A stretch of 63,909 nt of DNA, the filler included, from Octopus bimaculoides (taxonomy: Eukaryota): NCBI RefSeq assembly GCF_001194135.2. It is 5 parts of 5 records of this genome, joined end to end, with 100 filler letters (N's around TTAATTAATTAA, not from the genome) between each part and the next. Parts side by side here need not be neighbours in the genome. Positions count along the whole stretch, not along the records: positions 1 to 25,560 come from NC_068998.1; positions 25,661 to 55,195 come from NC_068987.1; 3 more parts are not named here. One strand, given 5' to 3'. The position numbers were made by a program, and so were the translations under genes. The number at the start of each line of letters is the position of its first letter. Position 1 is the first letter of the stretch. The notes under the pieces are model-generated. The model saw only the letters and a program-made list of their open reading frames with translations. It was not told the DNA's origin and searched no databases. Shown one piece after another: positions 23,727 through 37,885 of the stretch.

Positions 23727-24900
23727 ATAAATATTATGGGAGCAGAACAATATGGAAAACATAACAATATGGAAAACGGGATTGTAAAACTAAGGTTTCC
23801 GCAAAACAGATGAAACTTAACCAATTAAATTAAACAATGGACGCTTCAACCAACATAATTAGATAGAATTTATTCAAATCGAATTGGAGTGCAAGTGGAT
23901 TATCCTAGTGATGTCCGATGTTCCGGTTTATTGCTGCCACATGTTGCTGTTGTTGCTGTGATAATATGAACGTTTGTAAAATGTAATAAGGACAGTAAAA
24001 TCTGTATAAACAACAATAAATAAATGAACTCGAAAATAAAAAGCAATTATAATTACTAGATATGTAGGAGGACATGCCATAATCCCATCATTTCCTCATT
24101 TGGGTACCTTTATGACACACAGATTGTCGATTGAACGACTTGGTGGGACCCACGTGTTTTTTCTTCCAAGGACCGTATTGGAGTCTACGACGTACAGTGA
24201 TTATTTGCATATTCTGTAACATTACAATCCCTATATGTTTCATAACCTCCACTGCCCAGCCTATTTCTGTACATCCGCAGATCTGGCAGGGACCACAGTA
24301 GAAGCGGCAGCAGGTGGACTCGATTAAAATGCAACAGTTGTTATTCTTTTGGACTTGTTATTGATAGTGTAGATTCAACCACAATGTTCCTGGGACAATG
24401 AAGCTATTAATAATGCAGCGATTTTTTGTATGTATGTGGTGCTTTTGTACGAAAGATTTTCGTAACTGATAGGCAATGTGCTTTTAGAATGCTGCTGTAA
24501 CAGTGTTATTATGTTGCATATACGCCTGGGGTGTTTGAGGTGATTTCTCATGTAGTGGCAGAGATAACTTAAATAACGACCTAAACTAAACTCACGAAAA
24601 GTCATCAATCATTATTGTAATATATGTTGATGTATATATAAGTGTATGTATGTGTGTGCGAATATATATGTTGATGTATATATAAGTGTATGTATGTGTG
24701 TGCGAGTGTTTATATATATATATATATATATATATATTCCCGAGCGTCATACTAATATATACTTTTGTTATTTACACCACCTGTCCTCGTCTGTTGTTAT
24801 TATTTGTATATTCTCCCATATATATATATATATATACATTATATATAATTATATATGTATATACATATACATATATATACATGTATATATACACACACAC

Positions 24901-24940
<40 letters not shown>

Positions 24941-24985
24941 ATACATACAGTAAATACAGACACACATGCATACACACACACACAA

Positions 24986-25025
<40 letters not shown>

Positions 25026-25529
25026 CAGTACACAATATTTATACGTCCCTGCAAAACACCATGATGTTATATAATATACATATATATAGAGAGAGGGGGA
25101 GGTGAGGGAGAGAGAGTGAGGATAGAGAGGGGAGGGACAGAGAGTGGGGAGTGAGCCAGCTCACACTGTGAGCGCTATTACTAATATGTAATCCAGTACA
25201 ACCTTATAGCATGCTCTCCGCTTCGGAGACAAAACTGGCACACCCACAGGGCTAACCTGGAGAAATGATTTACTAGAAATCCATCTCGACTAAAACAATT
25301 CCTGTCAAAAGACACATGAATCCAGTATAGAGTTCAAGGGGGTGGGCTTGGAATTTCCACCACGATGTCCAGCGCGCTGTAAGTCTGTTAGAGGTGAGAT
25401 GATCCTTAATTTCCTTTACAGTATGTCTTTAGGAGAAGGTAAAGTAAATCAGTTATAAAACTTGCGAACAATACTAAAACTGATGTCATCTTCGTTCGAT
25501 TGGCAAACAGCTATACGTATATATATATC

Positions 25530-25560
<31 letters not shown>

Positions 25561-25604
25561 NNNNNNNNNNNNNNNNNNNNNNNNNNNNNNNNNNNNNNNN
25601 NNNN

Positions 25605-25616
25605 TTAATTAATTAA
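25605..25616. other. Artificial contig-join spacer N44-TTAATTAATTAA-N44 (also at 55240-55251, 60731-60742, 62431-62442)
   Basis: An identical 12-mer flanked by exactly 44 N on each side, four times (100 bp each). The 12-mer has stop codons in all six frames. Confidence 0.95.
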
Positions 25617-28092
25617 NNNNNNNNNNNNNNNNNNNNNNNNNNNNNNNNNNNNNNNNNNNNTATATATATATATACGTGCGCGCACATACACACACACACA
25701 CACAAACTTGCATACACACATACATATACAAACGTGCATTCAGTACTATTCGAGAACGATGAAATCCTTATTTTTTTTCTTTTTACATCAAAGAACATAT
25801 GTAGTAGATATTGATGTCTCATTTTGGCTGTTTCGTCTAGACGTCTGATAATATGAATTGGTAAATAAATGAAAAAAGAAACGATCGCTGTTTTAAACAT
25901 ATTTACGATAAATGACGTATTTTAAATGTCAGAACAATACGTTTCGAAATACTGCAGTGTTGTGGACTAAAAGAAAAAAATAAATAATTGGAACAGTGAG
26001 TATCTAAGTTTTATTTAAGATAAATTACTTATGTCTAGACACTGCAATACTGAACATTAAAACTTTTATTTTCTTATCTATTAGAATAACAGTAGAAAAA
26101 CTAAAAGCGTGAGAGGAAAAATTAGTGTAAAACAGGAATATCAAAGATATGTTGCCTTATAAAGGAGACTTGTACCGGACAAATGTACTGGAAATATTGA
26201 ATTTTGCATTTCATTGCATTGATTTGAAACGCCGCATTGTTCATCAATACTTAAGCCCCCTATGGCACCGATAAATTTCGAACTATGAACGTACGAAAAA
26301 TCAATAAATAGATTGTACTGAATAGGAGTTACACGTTTAATACCGGATGCCATTATGAATGAAAAAAAAGCAAAACAATTTTTCCGTGAAAACAAATTGT
26401 TATTTTGATGTTCATGAATATTACAATTATGGATTTCCATAGTGAATGTACTTATTAATGAATAAAGAAGCTTTCACCCGTATATTGATAAGACGACAAT
26501 GTTCGTTGGTTTCTTAAATTTACCTCCTTAGTGTAAACCACTTTTGAAGAAAAAGGGATTGCGAGGACGATATTCACGACTCCCCAAAAATGTTAATGAT
26601 ATATTTATTGAAATATAGAAAAATTTGGATAACTTACAATGGTAGTATATCATAAATGTATGAAGGCGGCTCGCTGTTCAATTAGTCTCAACCCTGTGTA
26701 TTTTTGGTATTTGCTTCTCGACGTTGGAGTAGTTAAGAAGCCAGAAGAACTGAAGGTGTGTTAGAATGGTGTAACTAAATATTGTGGGGATGTACGTTTT
26801 ACTCTACTAAATGCCTCAACAAATATATATTTTAAATACTTTGTGATTTGATTTAATACAGAACAAAAGGATCTCAGTATTAGACGAAATAGTATTTTAG
26901 ATTCGATTGATACCAATATCAACTGGTTCATACTTATCCATACTAGGAGAATGAGGAAAACCAGTTCTTTATATTAGCAGCCTAAAAGTGGGCAGCCAAG
27001 AACATCGCATGGCATCTTTCCCATCTCTCTACAAGTATTGCTAAACTACTAATATTTTATCTGATAATACACCCATAGTACAATTCTAGCCAATATTTAG
27101 ACGTTGCCAATCTTCTACAGCTCTGTGTCAATCTTTAGGTATTACTATTTCGTCAACATTTAAGTCAATATTTAAATCCAGCCAATCGTCTGCAATTTTG
27201 TCTCGATCAATAATCAGATATAGCCAAACCACAAATATTTGTTTTTCAGGTTTTAGATGTTGTAAATCCATCAATATTTTGTTAACTAATGGTAGGATGC
27301 GTTCAATCCATCAGCATTGTGTTCACCATCATTTTAGGACCTATTCTTCTAATACACCTTATTTATCTCCAAAGATAGTGAAACATGAACTGACCTATTC
27401 GAGGAGAGTTTAAAGCTCAGAGCATTGATCATACACATATTCTGATAAAATTCCGGTTTAGAGCCTGTAACATCACAAACATTTTAACTTTCATACACTA
27501 CAGAACGGCTTCAGTTGTCTTTATATAACGATGGGAAATCATAGAATATTCGCACTGGAAATTAGGCCTTTACAAAAATTGTCTTCTATCGAAGGATGAC
27601 TATGGCTTCCACTACAAATGAAACTAAATCCTCCAGACTGACCAGCCATTACATTATTGATAATGGAATAAATACATTACGTTTGAACTTGTATATTGCA
27701 TAATGCGTAATTATTTGGGCGGCATAGGAAGATGCTTCAGATAAAGAGTTTAGGTAATTCTACACGAATTGTAACATTGTGTGCGTGGTTTTATGTGGGC
27801 GTGCGTATGCTTGTCTGTCTGAGTGTGTGCGTGCGCGTGCTTGCGTGTGTGTTTGTGTGTGTCTGTGTGTTTGTGTGTGTATGTGTTAGAAAATAACAAT
27901 AGCTTCAATAAAATGCAATACAATACAATGCAATGGCACATACGACAATAAATCTCTTTAAAACAAGTGATATCTGAAATATCGCAGAGCTAAGAACTAG
28001 ATACATATGATAACGCAGGCGTACTTATAGTTCTAGGTAATGTATACTGGATGCATAAATGTTTTTGTATACAATACACCTTACCCACCCAA

Positions 28093-28124
<32 letters not shown>

Positions 28125-28146
28125 TAATAATAATAATAATAATAAT

Positions 28147-28437
28147 AGCACAATATATTCACTGGGTAATATGCAAAAACCTGGACTTGCCCCATGATAA
28201 AAACTGGTGGGAACACAAACCACCCCCAGTACTTGAAAATGATCACATTGCACTCCTCTGGAACTTCACCATTCAAACTGACAGAAAGATAGACGCAAAT
28301 AGGCCAGACATCATACTGAAAGACTTCAGACAAAAATCATGCCTCCTCATTGATATGACTGTCCCAATTGATATAAACGTATCTGTCAAGACCTACCAAA
28401 AACTGAGCAAATATAAAGGTCTTGAAATAGAAATTAG
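28147..28437 (+). mobile_element. 5'-truncated R4/Dong-like LINE, RLE domain; starts directly after (TAA)n
   Basis: AQYIHWVICK...WWEHKPPPVLENDHIALLWNFTIQTDRKIDANRPDIILKDFRQKSCLLIDMTVPID...KLSKY contains the restriction-like endonuclease motif RPD(x)nDxxxP. Open frame up to the gap. Confidence 0.88.
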
Positions 28438-28912
28438 NNNNNNNNNNNNNNNNNNNNNNNNNNNNNNNNNNNNNNNNNNNNNNNNNNNNNNNNNNNNNNN
28501 NNNNNNNNNNNNNNNNNNNNNNNNNNNNNNNNNNNNNNNNNNNNNNNNNNNNNNNNNNNNNNNNNNNNNNNNNNNNNNNNNNNNNNNNNNNNNNNNNNNN
28601 NNNNNNNNNNNNNNNNNNNNNNNNNNNNNNNNNNNNNNNNNNNNNNNNNNNNNNNNNNNNNNNNNNNNNNNNNNNNNNNNNNNNNNNNNNNNNNNNNNNN
28701 NNNNNNNNNNNNNNNNNNNNNNNNNNNNNNNNNNNNNNNNNNNNNNNNNNNNNNNNNNNNNNNNNNNNNNNNNNNNNNNNNNNNNNNNNNNNNNNNNNNN
28801 NNNNNNNNNNNNNNNNNNNNNNNNNNNNNNNNNNNNNNNNNNNNNNNNNNNNNNNNNNNNNNNNNNNNNNNNNNNNNNNNNNNNNNNNNNNNNNNNNNNN
28901 NNNNNNNNNNNN

Positions 28913-29052
28913 AAGAAGAAGAAGAAGAAGAAGAAGAAGAAGAAGAAGAAGAAGAAGAAGAAGAAGGAGAAGAAGAAGAAGAAGAAGAAGAAGAAGAAGA
29001 AGGAGGAGGGGAGGAGGGGGAGGGGGAACAAGAAGAAGAAGAAGTAGAAGAA
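28913..29052. repeat. (AAG)n microsatellite
   Basis: Read directly from the sequence. Confidence 0.95.
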
Positions 29053-29479
29053 GAAGAATATTGTTTTTCTTACCATTAATTAGAAATAGAACAGGTTGAA
29101 TTGCTTCTTTTCAAGGCAAAGAGCAGCGCTCTCAGTGGTCGCTGTTAGTAGGAAAAAGTTTGACCTTTGCTGAACCAAAGGGTGCGAAGATTCCTTGTTT
29201 CTATGGCTGACTTCCCCACCAACTGCCGAATCTATTTATAGCCCAGTAGACATTGATCTATTCACCAAGCTACTAGTTTTCCCCCAACTGTTTCCTCTAG
29301 CAACCACATGTTTATGATTATCTCACGTACAGGACAAAAGTTGAAAATAAAGACCATTCAAAATCTTTTTAATAATAAATGGAAATAGTAATAATGGTAA
29401 TAACAATAGTAGTGGTGGTGATGGTGATAAAGATAAAAATAATGATAACATGGTGCAGCTACTAATACTACGACTACTA

Positions 29480-32400
29480 CTATTCTGATAGCATAGGAAT
29501 CTGAGGCCAAACTACAACTACTACCACTGCCCCTACCGGTGTAATCGATGAGCATGTTAATATTACAATGACAAATAGTAAAAAAAATACAGTAATATCA
29601 GTGACATCAGAGAAAATAAAAATAATATTAAAAGGAAGCGGGTGGAGCCTCTCTCTCTTCTGATTACTGATACATCTAATGATGATGTCACAATAAAAAC
29701 ACTGGTAATTGCGCAACCTAATAACCGCTACCTCATATGAGTGACAATGAATAAACAAAATATTGTGAATAACGGTGGTATTTAAACTGAAGCCTATGAT
29801 GGTGATAATGTTGCATCCGACAGGCTGAAAGATTCTAGTCCGGCTCCAGAAAGAGACCACCGCACACGGCGTAGAGGGAGGAAGCAAATCAATGCTGTTG
29901 TCATGGAGTGTTACTACCTGAGCCGCCCGGTAGATGAAAATGGTGCTCAAATTCGGGGTTACCGACGACGTATATATGATCATTGGAGGGAAAAGGGATT
30001 GTTTCAACTCACGGAACAGAGATTATGTGATAAAGCTAGGGTAATAAGAAAAAAAAAACCGTTGGTTCACAAAAGTAGAGCTCGAAGCTATCAAAAGACG
30101 GGTCTTGGAAAATAGCAGCAGAGATAACGATGAAAATGCAGTTCTTATTTATAGAAGTAATCTTATAGCACAGGAAAGGAGCAGTGGTAGTTTACTTGAT
30201 GAGAAACATATAGATGATCTAAAAGAAGACAATGAAGCAAATGGCGACATGACAGATAAACAAAAAGCAATCTACGACAGAATAAAGGTAAGAATACAGG
30301 AGAACGATAGCGACATTATTTGCAATCTTAAAAAGGTTGATAGGTGGAAATTGAGCCAAGAAGCGAAAAATGTCAATGAAATTCTCAACTACATCAGAAC
30401 AAACAACATCACAGAAACAAATAATTTAATAAGGCAGCAAGTTTTGTTGTAGCAGAAAACGTGGGTTTTGATGTCAAGAAAAGAAATATAATAGGAGTGT
30501 CAAAAGAATAGATCCATGGTGGGAAAGAAGAATAGAGATAGGGTTAGATATGCTCACAAAGAAAATTTCTGAAAGACTGAAAAGAGAAAGGGGAGCTTAA
30601 AAGCGAACGAAACTACAGGGTGCTGAAAAGGAAGTATAATATTGAAAGAAAGGGATTGAAAGTGGTAATGGAGGAATTGAAACAGCGTCTCGTTGCAAAG
30701 AAAGCAAAGAGGATAAACTAAGACCAAAAAATGAAGGGTTACCACCAAAAAAGGTTATTCTGAGTAGATCAGAAGAGATTCTATAAAGAAATAAATGGAG
30801 AGTGTACAGATGAAAAGTTTTGGAGTGACATCTGGAGCAAAGACAAGGAGCACAAGAAGGATGCTGAATGGTTGCAAGAACTAAAGCAAACTGTAGTGTG
30901 CCCTAAAAAGACAGAACTAGTCATTTCAGATAGGGAAGTGAAAGAAATCAGCAAAAAAAAAAAAAAAGCAACTGGAAGGCCCTGGGACCAAATAGAGTTC
31001 AGGGCTACTGGATCAAAACATCTGGTGAATGCCATGCACGAATAGCTGCGCAAATAAACACCTTGTTAAACGCCGACCAAGTAACACCAGAGTCGTTGAC
31101 AGTGGGTAGGACAATGCTGTGCTTGAAAAACATCGAAAAAGGCAATACGGTAGAAATATCAGGCTGATGTCCTGTTTGCGATTTATGTGGAAATTATTGA
31201 CAGGAATATACGCAGAGTCAATGTACTAACATCTGGAATAAATGGAGTCCTGCCACATGAGCAGAAGAGTTGCAAGCGTAAGTGCAGAGGCACCAAGGAT
31301 CAACTCCTTATAGACAAAACTGTACTTAGAGACTGCAAGAGGAGGAAAACTAACTTAGCCATATCATGGATCGACTATAGTAAGGCGTTCTATATGATCC
31401 CGCACTCTTGGACAATGAAATGTATGAACCTATTTGGTATTGCACCAAATGTTGAGCGATTGCTTGGAAAAAGTATGGCGAATTGGAGGACGGACCTGAC
31501 AGCATACGGAAGAAGTTTAGAGACAGTAGAAATAAGGAGGCACCTCTTCCACGGGGACTGCCTGTCCCCACTGATCTTTGTACTGTGCTTCATACCACTA
31601 ACACTGATTCTGAGGAAAGTAAAAGCTGAGTATGTATTCAAAAGCCACCAACAAAAAGTCAAACATTTGTTATTCATGGATGACCTCAAACTTTATGGTA
31701 AAGTTGATGCCCACGTCAGTTCCCTCGTTGATACGGTGTATAACTTCAGTTCTGATATCAACATGGAGTTCGGACTGAGAAAGTGTGGTGTATTAGTCTT
31801 GAAGAGAAGCAAAATCAAATGTATGGACGGGCTATCGATATCGTCGGGGGAGGTTATGAAGCAGATAGAAGCGACGTTATATAAGTACGTGGGGATTTTG
31901 GGAATAGATATATTGATGGAGAAAGAAATGACAGATCAATTTAAGGTGGAGTACTTGCGCAGACTGAGACTGATCCATAAGCCGAGATTAAACGGACGGA
32001 ATAAGATGACACTATCAACACCTTGGCGGTTTCACTCCTTAGATGTGGAGCAGGGACAATTGCATGGACAGTAGACGAACTAAACAGCTTAGACAAGTAA
32101 ATTGCTAACTAGACAAGACACTCCACCCACAAAGTGACACACGCAGACTGTATGTACTAAGAAAAAGAGGTGGAAGAGGACTTATTGGATGCTAACATAG
32201 CACTAGAGCAGAAGAAAACAACATAGCATAGTATGTAAAAAATACCACAGAACCGCTATTATTAGAAATAAGAAGGTCAGGCCTCTATGTAGGATGAAAG
32301 ATTAGATAAATAAAACACTGCACAAACAATTGAAATCGAATGAAACGGAAAATAGGTGAGTAAATAAATGAATGCATGGACAATTTTATAGGGATATTGA

Positions 32401-33225
32401 AGATAAGGCAGACAGAAAAGAAAAAAAGATGACCATGGATGACTACAAGTGACTTAAAACCGGAAACGGAGACTCTAATCTGTGCTGCCCACGTGCGAGC
32501 ACTAAGAACAAAAAACATAATATACAGAATAGACAACACAGCAGAAAGTGATAAGTGCAGAATCTGTGGACAAAATGGTGAAACCGTGTGGCATATTACC
32601 AGCCAATATACGCCACTAGCCCAGAATTATATTAATAAGAGAGGCCATGACAAAATAATAAGTATGTATTTGACAGAGCAAAAATTTGGTACGACCATAA
32701 ACCCGAAGGCATGATCGAAAATGATAATGCAAAGATCCTGTGCGATTTTATGATTCAGTGTGACCATGAGATAGAGAATAGGAAGCCAAATATAGTCTTA
32801 TTTGAGAAAGAAAGCAAACTATGCTGGATCATAGATATATCATGCCCAGATGACAACAATGTATTCGAGAAAGAAGAAAGAAAAGTCGATAGGTATAACA
32901 GGTTAGCTTGGGAGGTTAAGAAGTTGTGGTCGATGAAAAGGTAGTAGTATTACCAATAATTTTCGGAACCCTGGGAACAGTGAATAAAAAACTTGAGGAG
33001 TACAGGAAAACTAATAGGGGCTGTAATAAGGGGTGGGGGCTTGAAGAAAACAGCACTGCTCGGAACCACTCAAACACTGTGGAAGGTGCTCGAAAAATAA
33101 GCAGCGTTACCTTAGTTCCCTGGAAGTGAATATCTGACACCGTAGTACATCTCCAGCGTTAGAAGCTGGGCAAAGAAAATAATAATAACAATAACAACAA
33201 CAGCACCACCAACAACAACAACAAC

Positions 33226-33280
<55 letters not shown>

Positions 33281-33281
33281 T
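29480..33281 (+). mobile_element. Near-full-length decayed non-LTR retrotransposon, R4/Dong-like (RT, CCHC knuckle, RLE) with (AAT)n tail
   Basis: N-terminal VMECYYLSRP...GYRRRIYDHW...TEQRLCD. RT: [57 protein letters not shown]. Knuckle KCRICGQNGETVWHITSQ. RLE RKPNIVL...IIDISCPDD. Ends LLGTTQTLWKVLEK* at 33100, then a short 3' UTR and (AAT/AAC)n 33179-33281. Many frameshifts and stops. Confidence 0.93.
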
Positions 33282-34803
33282 ACTTCGTAATCACAAATGC
33301 CTCTCTAATAATATGAATGACAAACAGTAAATACCTAGCTTTCGAAAGCAATTCGAAAGCAATTCACTGTTTATTTGTGAGCTTGATTCTCCTTTTTCAT
33401 CATCGGTCGCTCAAAATTTCCCTGCTCTGTATATCTGAAAAATCATCTGACTAAAACTGGGATTGCACCTTTTATATGTAAGTTGTGTTATCTTTGTCGT
33501 AGGGTTATGGGAAGTCAAAATTTCTAGTTTCGTGTACAATCAAACCATGGATTTACCGTAACGTTTCTTTTATGGTAAACTAACCTCTCTTTCCTGTTAT
33601 TCTATGATCAATTGGAAGCTTGATTTCGCTTCACGATTTCGTTTCTAGTATGACCTGAATGATATTGAGTGCTTATAAATCCCCATAACACTTATCATTA
33701 AATCAGTTCTTAAATTTAGGACTGGCAGTGATAATAATATATATATAGGATTGCATTTATTGTCATTCAAAGTAAATATTTCTGATTTCTGTAACATACA
33801 TTGTGAGAGTATAAACATGATAGTATGTGGCGGTTACATCTACTACAGAGCTGCTTCGCAGTGACGTCATGTGGATATTTGCTGAAGCCAAATTAGATTT
33901 GTTATGTAGACCAAACTCCTCCAGCAACAGTTTATAGCAATTCCCTGGCAAGGAATATGAGTCCCATCGTCTATTGTGGGATCATTTATGTGGTGGTTTG
34001 ATTTATTTTGAATACTACTCAGTTCTACCTGCATTCACACACTGCTGCTCTCAGAGAAAATATCACGTTGGATGATATATAGTCATAGGTGTGAACATTT
34101 TATGAAGAACATCATTTACAATAGCAATAATAGTGCAGATCAGCAAACTGGAAATCATTATACATTCATTTATTGATGTTGGATCAAAGCACTGCATTGA
34201 CGAAGTAAAACTTCCAGAAACAAAATTAAATCGCATTCGTTTTGTATTTGTTTCTATAGTGGTGTTAAACCTGCATATTCCCATCGAAATTGTTTGAACT
34301 CAGAAGGGGAAGACGGACACAAACAATCATTAAACAATCCATAATAAATTATTTCTCATTAGTACGATGATAAATTGTAAACCGGTAGTTTCCTTGTTTC
34401 TACAAGAGTGAATCACTTCAAACTTACAAATGAATTGACTAGACAATAGATTATTCTATGTTATAAGTAGTCTTGATGTTAAAAACGTATGGCTGTTTAG
34501 TTTTAATTGCGGTGATGCTATCAGTGAGTAGGGTGTAGTAGCGTAAAGCTACGGGCATTAAATAATCAGTAGCCCTTATAAATTGCACGGACGTCAGCGG
34601 TAGCCTATGTATTGTTTATATTGTACTATTTGTTGCTACTACAATTTACGCATACATGTTGCATGCATACCAGAAGTCTATAGACTGTCGAAGAGGGTCA
34701 AGTATCAATATATTAAGTCATCAACAAACTACATTTTACACACAATGTATATATGGGTAAAAAAAGAATGAATTAATTTGTCAATAACATCACAAACGAC
34801 GTC

Positions 34804-34986
34804 AAGACGGCGAGTTGGCAGAATCGGTTCTGCGTCGGACAAAATGCTTAATGGCATATCCTTCGCTTTTACTTCATATGTCTTTCAAATATTCAGGATC
34901 AATAAAATAAGTAACCTTTGATTGCTGGCAATGAATTTACCCCCTCCGTCGATATTGTGAGCCTTGTACCAAAATTACAAAGCAAT
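34804..34986 (+). mobile_element. SINE family A, degenerate
   Basis: aagacggcgagttggcagaatcg...aaatgcttaatggcat...gagccttgtaccaaaattacaaagcaat. Confidence 0.7.
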
Positions 34987-35796
34987 ATTCGAAACTACAA
35001 CAGCTCTTGTACTGACAACTTGAATGGCAACATTTCGGTTAGCAATTTTGGTGAATTTACTTTATTAACATTGTCTAACTTTGATATAATGATATAAACG
35101 CCACTGTGAGCAATACAAAGATGAGAACATCTATCACAGTCCATCATGTTCCAAGTCGTCTTCGTATGTGATACTGATAATTTACTACATTGAAACAACA
35201 TGGTAAAATGTTTTATTGTCAAGCCTCACCTTCGCTAATTAACAATACAGCAATAAATTGTTATATTGTTTTCAAATATTAAATGTTATACGTTTCGTGC
35301 TACTTTCGGAATGCTATTGTTACATGTATTTTCATTACAGAATTATTTCAAAATTTATACATACCGTTCGATATCAAATAGAAATGGAAATTAATTTATT
35401 ATGATTAAAATACATAAATGAAATTCTATTTCTATTTAGTTAGATGCACTACGATAACTAGCATATGCCATGTGTTCAGTATGTTCTCATATACTTTATG
35501 GATACTGCATTTTCATCTATGTGTATGCACACACATATACACATGTCGATCCAACGTAAAATATATTAAAAGTGATGCTTACTTCGGATCTTCGCCAGTA
35601 AACCTAGCTTCGCAAAACAATGGTTTAAGATGAACATTTTATCTTTTAAAATTTAGTTACGGTTTGGGAGTTATTAGTAAAAAGTACTGTAATACAAAGA
35701 GGAAATAATAAATGATAGACAGGTTGAATAAACAAAAGGGGCGCAGTCGATGAATACCGCAATTTACTTAGCGATGAACTGAATAAATTTCATATA

Positions 35797-36008
35797 CTAA
35801 TTTTAAATTCTGGCACAAGGCCAGCAATTTCTGTGAAAAGCTTAAGTCGACTACACTGACCCTAATGTTCAAATGCTACTTATTTAATCAACCTCGAATT
35901 GATGAAAGACAATGTCGATCTCGGTGAAATTTGAACTCAGAAGGTGAAGACGGACGAAATGCCGCCAAGTATTTTGACTGGCTTGTTAAAGATTCTGCTA
36001 GTTCACTG
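35797..36008 (-). mobile_element. SINE family A, antisense
   Basis: + strand reads tggcacaaggccagcaattt...gtcgatctcggtgaaatttgaactcagaa...gattctgctagttca. Confidence 0.75.
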
Positions 36009-36623
36009 ATTTCGTCTTTTATTATATTGACATTTCGGATAAATGTCACTTGCAACAAACTGCATATTACTGAATACTACATATCTCTTCTATTTGTCTG
36101 CAGTAACATATATTTAACCAATAAAAGTGTAACTAAAAGATATTTAGGTCATACAAAGTCATTGTAATTGCTTTCACATATTGAAGGTGGCAAGTACGAC
36201 ACGCAGATGGATTTAAAATGTTACATTGAAATATGTTGGGTGGCAGCAAGACGACACAAATTCTGAAATCTAATTTAATAATTGATTTTAGAAAAATAGT
36301 CTCTCGTACTTTAATTCCACGCTGACACGGATATTATTCTCTATGGCTTGGCCATGAAAGCACAACATGTTAAAATTAAGCTAGAGAATTTCGGCTGACA
36401 TCATAATGAAATCCAAGTATTCAAACTTCTGAAATTAAAAAGATATGACTGCAAACAATCGATTAATCTAAGAAGCTTTGTTGACAAGTATTTTGAGTAG
36501 ACATTATGTTAGTGATATATATATATATAACTATCAATATACTAATAGATAGGGTGCAATAATGATTTTATCAAACGCAGAGAACTATCTCGCAAACTCG
36601 CACTGTAAGTATATGAAAATATA

Positions 36624-37885
36624 TTAGGTTGGCAACGAAGTTTCTGCCATTATTTAAAGTTTTGGAATCTATTGTTTTTCGAGAATTCTATTTTTGAATC
36701 ATTTTGGAATCTATTTTTTCTTCTAGTTAATTTTATTTAATTTTCGTTCATCTTCAGATCACTAGAATGGAATGACAAGTTAAGAAAAACGAGCATTTTC
36801 GAAACCTCCTGTTTGCTTTTAATCAAGGTTCTAAGGTCATAAAAGCTGCTTCCAACATTTGCGCTGCGTATGGAGATGGTGCCATAGCTGAAATAACCGC
36901 TTGTGATTGGTATGCCAAGTTCAATAGTAGATATTTTGAACTCAGAGACGCACCTCGTTCTGGCCGTATAGTTGAGTTCGAGGAAGAGAGATTAAACACA
37001 CGTTTGCATGAAGATTCTCGTCAAACTACAAGGGAACTGGCAGAGAAAATGGAATGCTCCCACACTGCTATAGAGAAACATCTCCACTCGATGGGAAAGG
37101 TTCAGAAGTATGGAGTATGGGTTCGGCATGCTTTAAGTGATAACAACAAAAATCAACGAGCCACAATCTCCGCTGGTTTGCTAGCTCGTCACCGCTCAAC
37201 TCAGGGACACAAGCAACGGTTACTTTACCAAATAGTTACTGGTGACAAAAATAGTGCCTGTACATCAATATGAAACAGCGTTAGGAATGGCTTAGCCTCG
37301 GTAAACAAGCAACACCGCGCATGAAGCAATATCTTCATCCGCGTAAAATGATGTGCGTATAGTGGGACTGGGAAGGGATTATCCATTACAAATAGCTTGA
37401 ACGGAAACAAATAGTCAACGCGAAACTCTATGTTCAACAGATGGAGTGACTCTACACGGCTATTCAAGAGAAAAGACCTAATCGGCAGCATAAAGTTCTT
37501 CTGCTGCATGACAACCCCGCCTTCATATCACCAATATGACCAAGGAAGCCATTCAAACGCATGGCTGAGAAGTACTGCCACACCGGCCGTTCTCTCCTGA
37601 TTTTGCCCTAACGGATTTCCATCTCTTTCGGTCTCTTTCAAATGCTGTGCGTGGTGTTTCGTTCAATACTGATGCAGAATTGAAAGCTTGGTTGGATCAA
37701 TTTTTCGGGTCGAAATCGGATGATTTCTAACAACGAGGTATTGAAAATCTTGTTGAAAGTTGGGAAGAAGATGTAAACATCAAGGGTGAATACATTATTG
37801 ATTAATTAGATGTTATTTCTTATTAAACCTTTTTAAAACGTTAAATTTCAAAAACAAACCCGCAGGAACTTAGTTGCCAACCCAA
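36624..37885 (+). mobile_element. Full-length decayed mariner (DD34D), mellifera-like TIRs
   Basis: TA-flanked TIRs ttaggttggcaacgaagtttctgc / rc ttgggttggcaactaagttcctgc. Transposase relic 36767-37805 with RSGR, WVRHAL, IVTGD, LLHDN and (Y/F)SPD..xDFHLF motifs. Stops and frameshifts present. Confidence 0.93.

Noticed and set aside
25422-25438. 17-nt microexon (tttcctttacAG ... GTaaag) as the next aminopeptidase exon
   Set aside because: In the required phase it would encode I-M-S-L-G-E, which is unlike the expected Y.A.TQF. Such splice-like motifs are common by chance.
25605-25616. TTAATTAATTAA as a biological palindrome or recurring motif
   Set aside because: Always centred in exactly 44+44 N, so it is an assembly spacer.
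33862-33869. CRE site TGACGTCA
   Set aside because: A single 8-mer is expected by chance, and there is no promoter evidence.
34535-34575. Helitron 3' end (gtagc-gtaaa-gctac hairpin then cagtag)
   Set aside because: Only a 5-bp stem, no clean CTRR terminus, and no 5' end identified.
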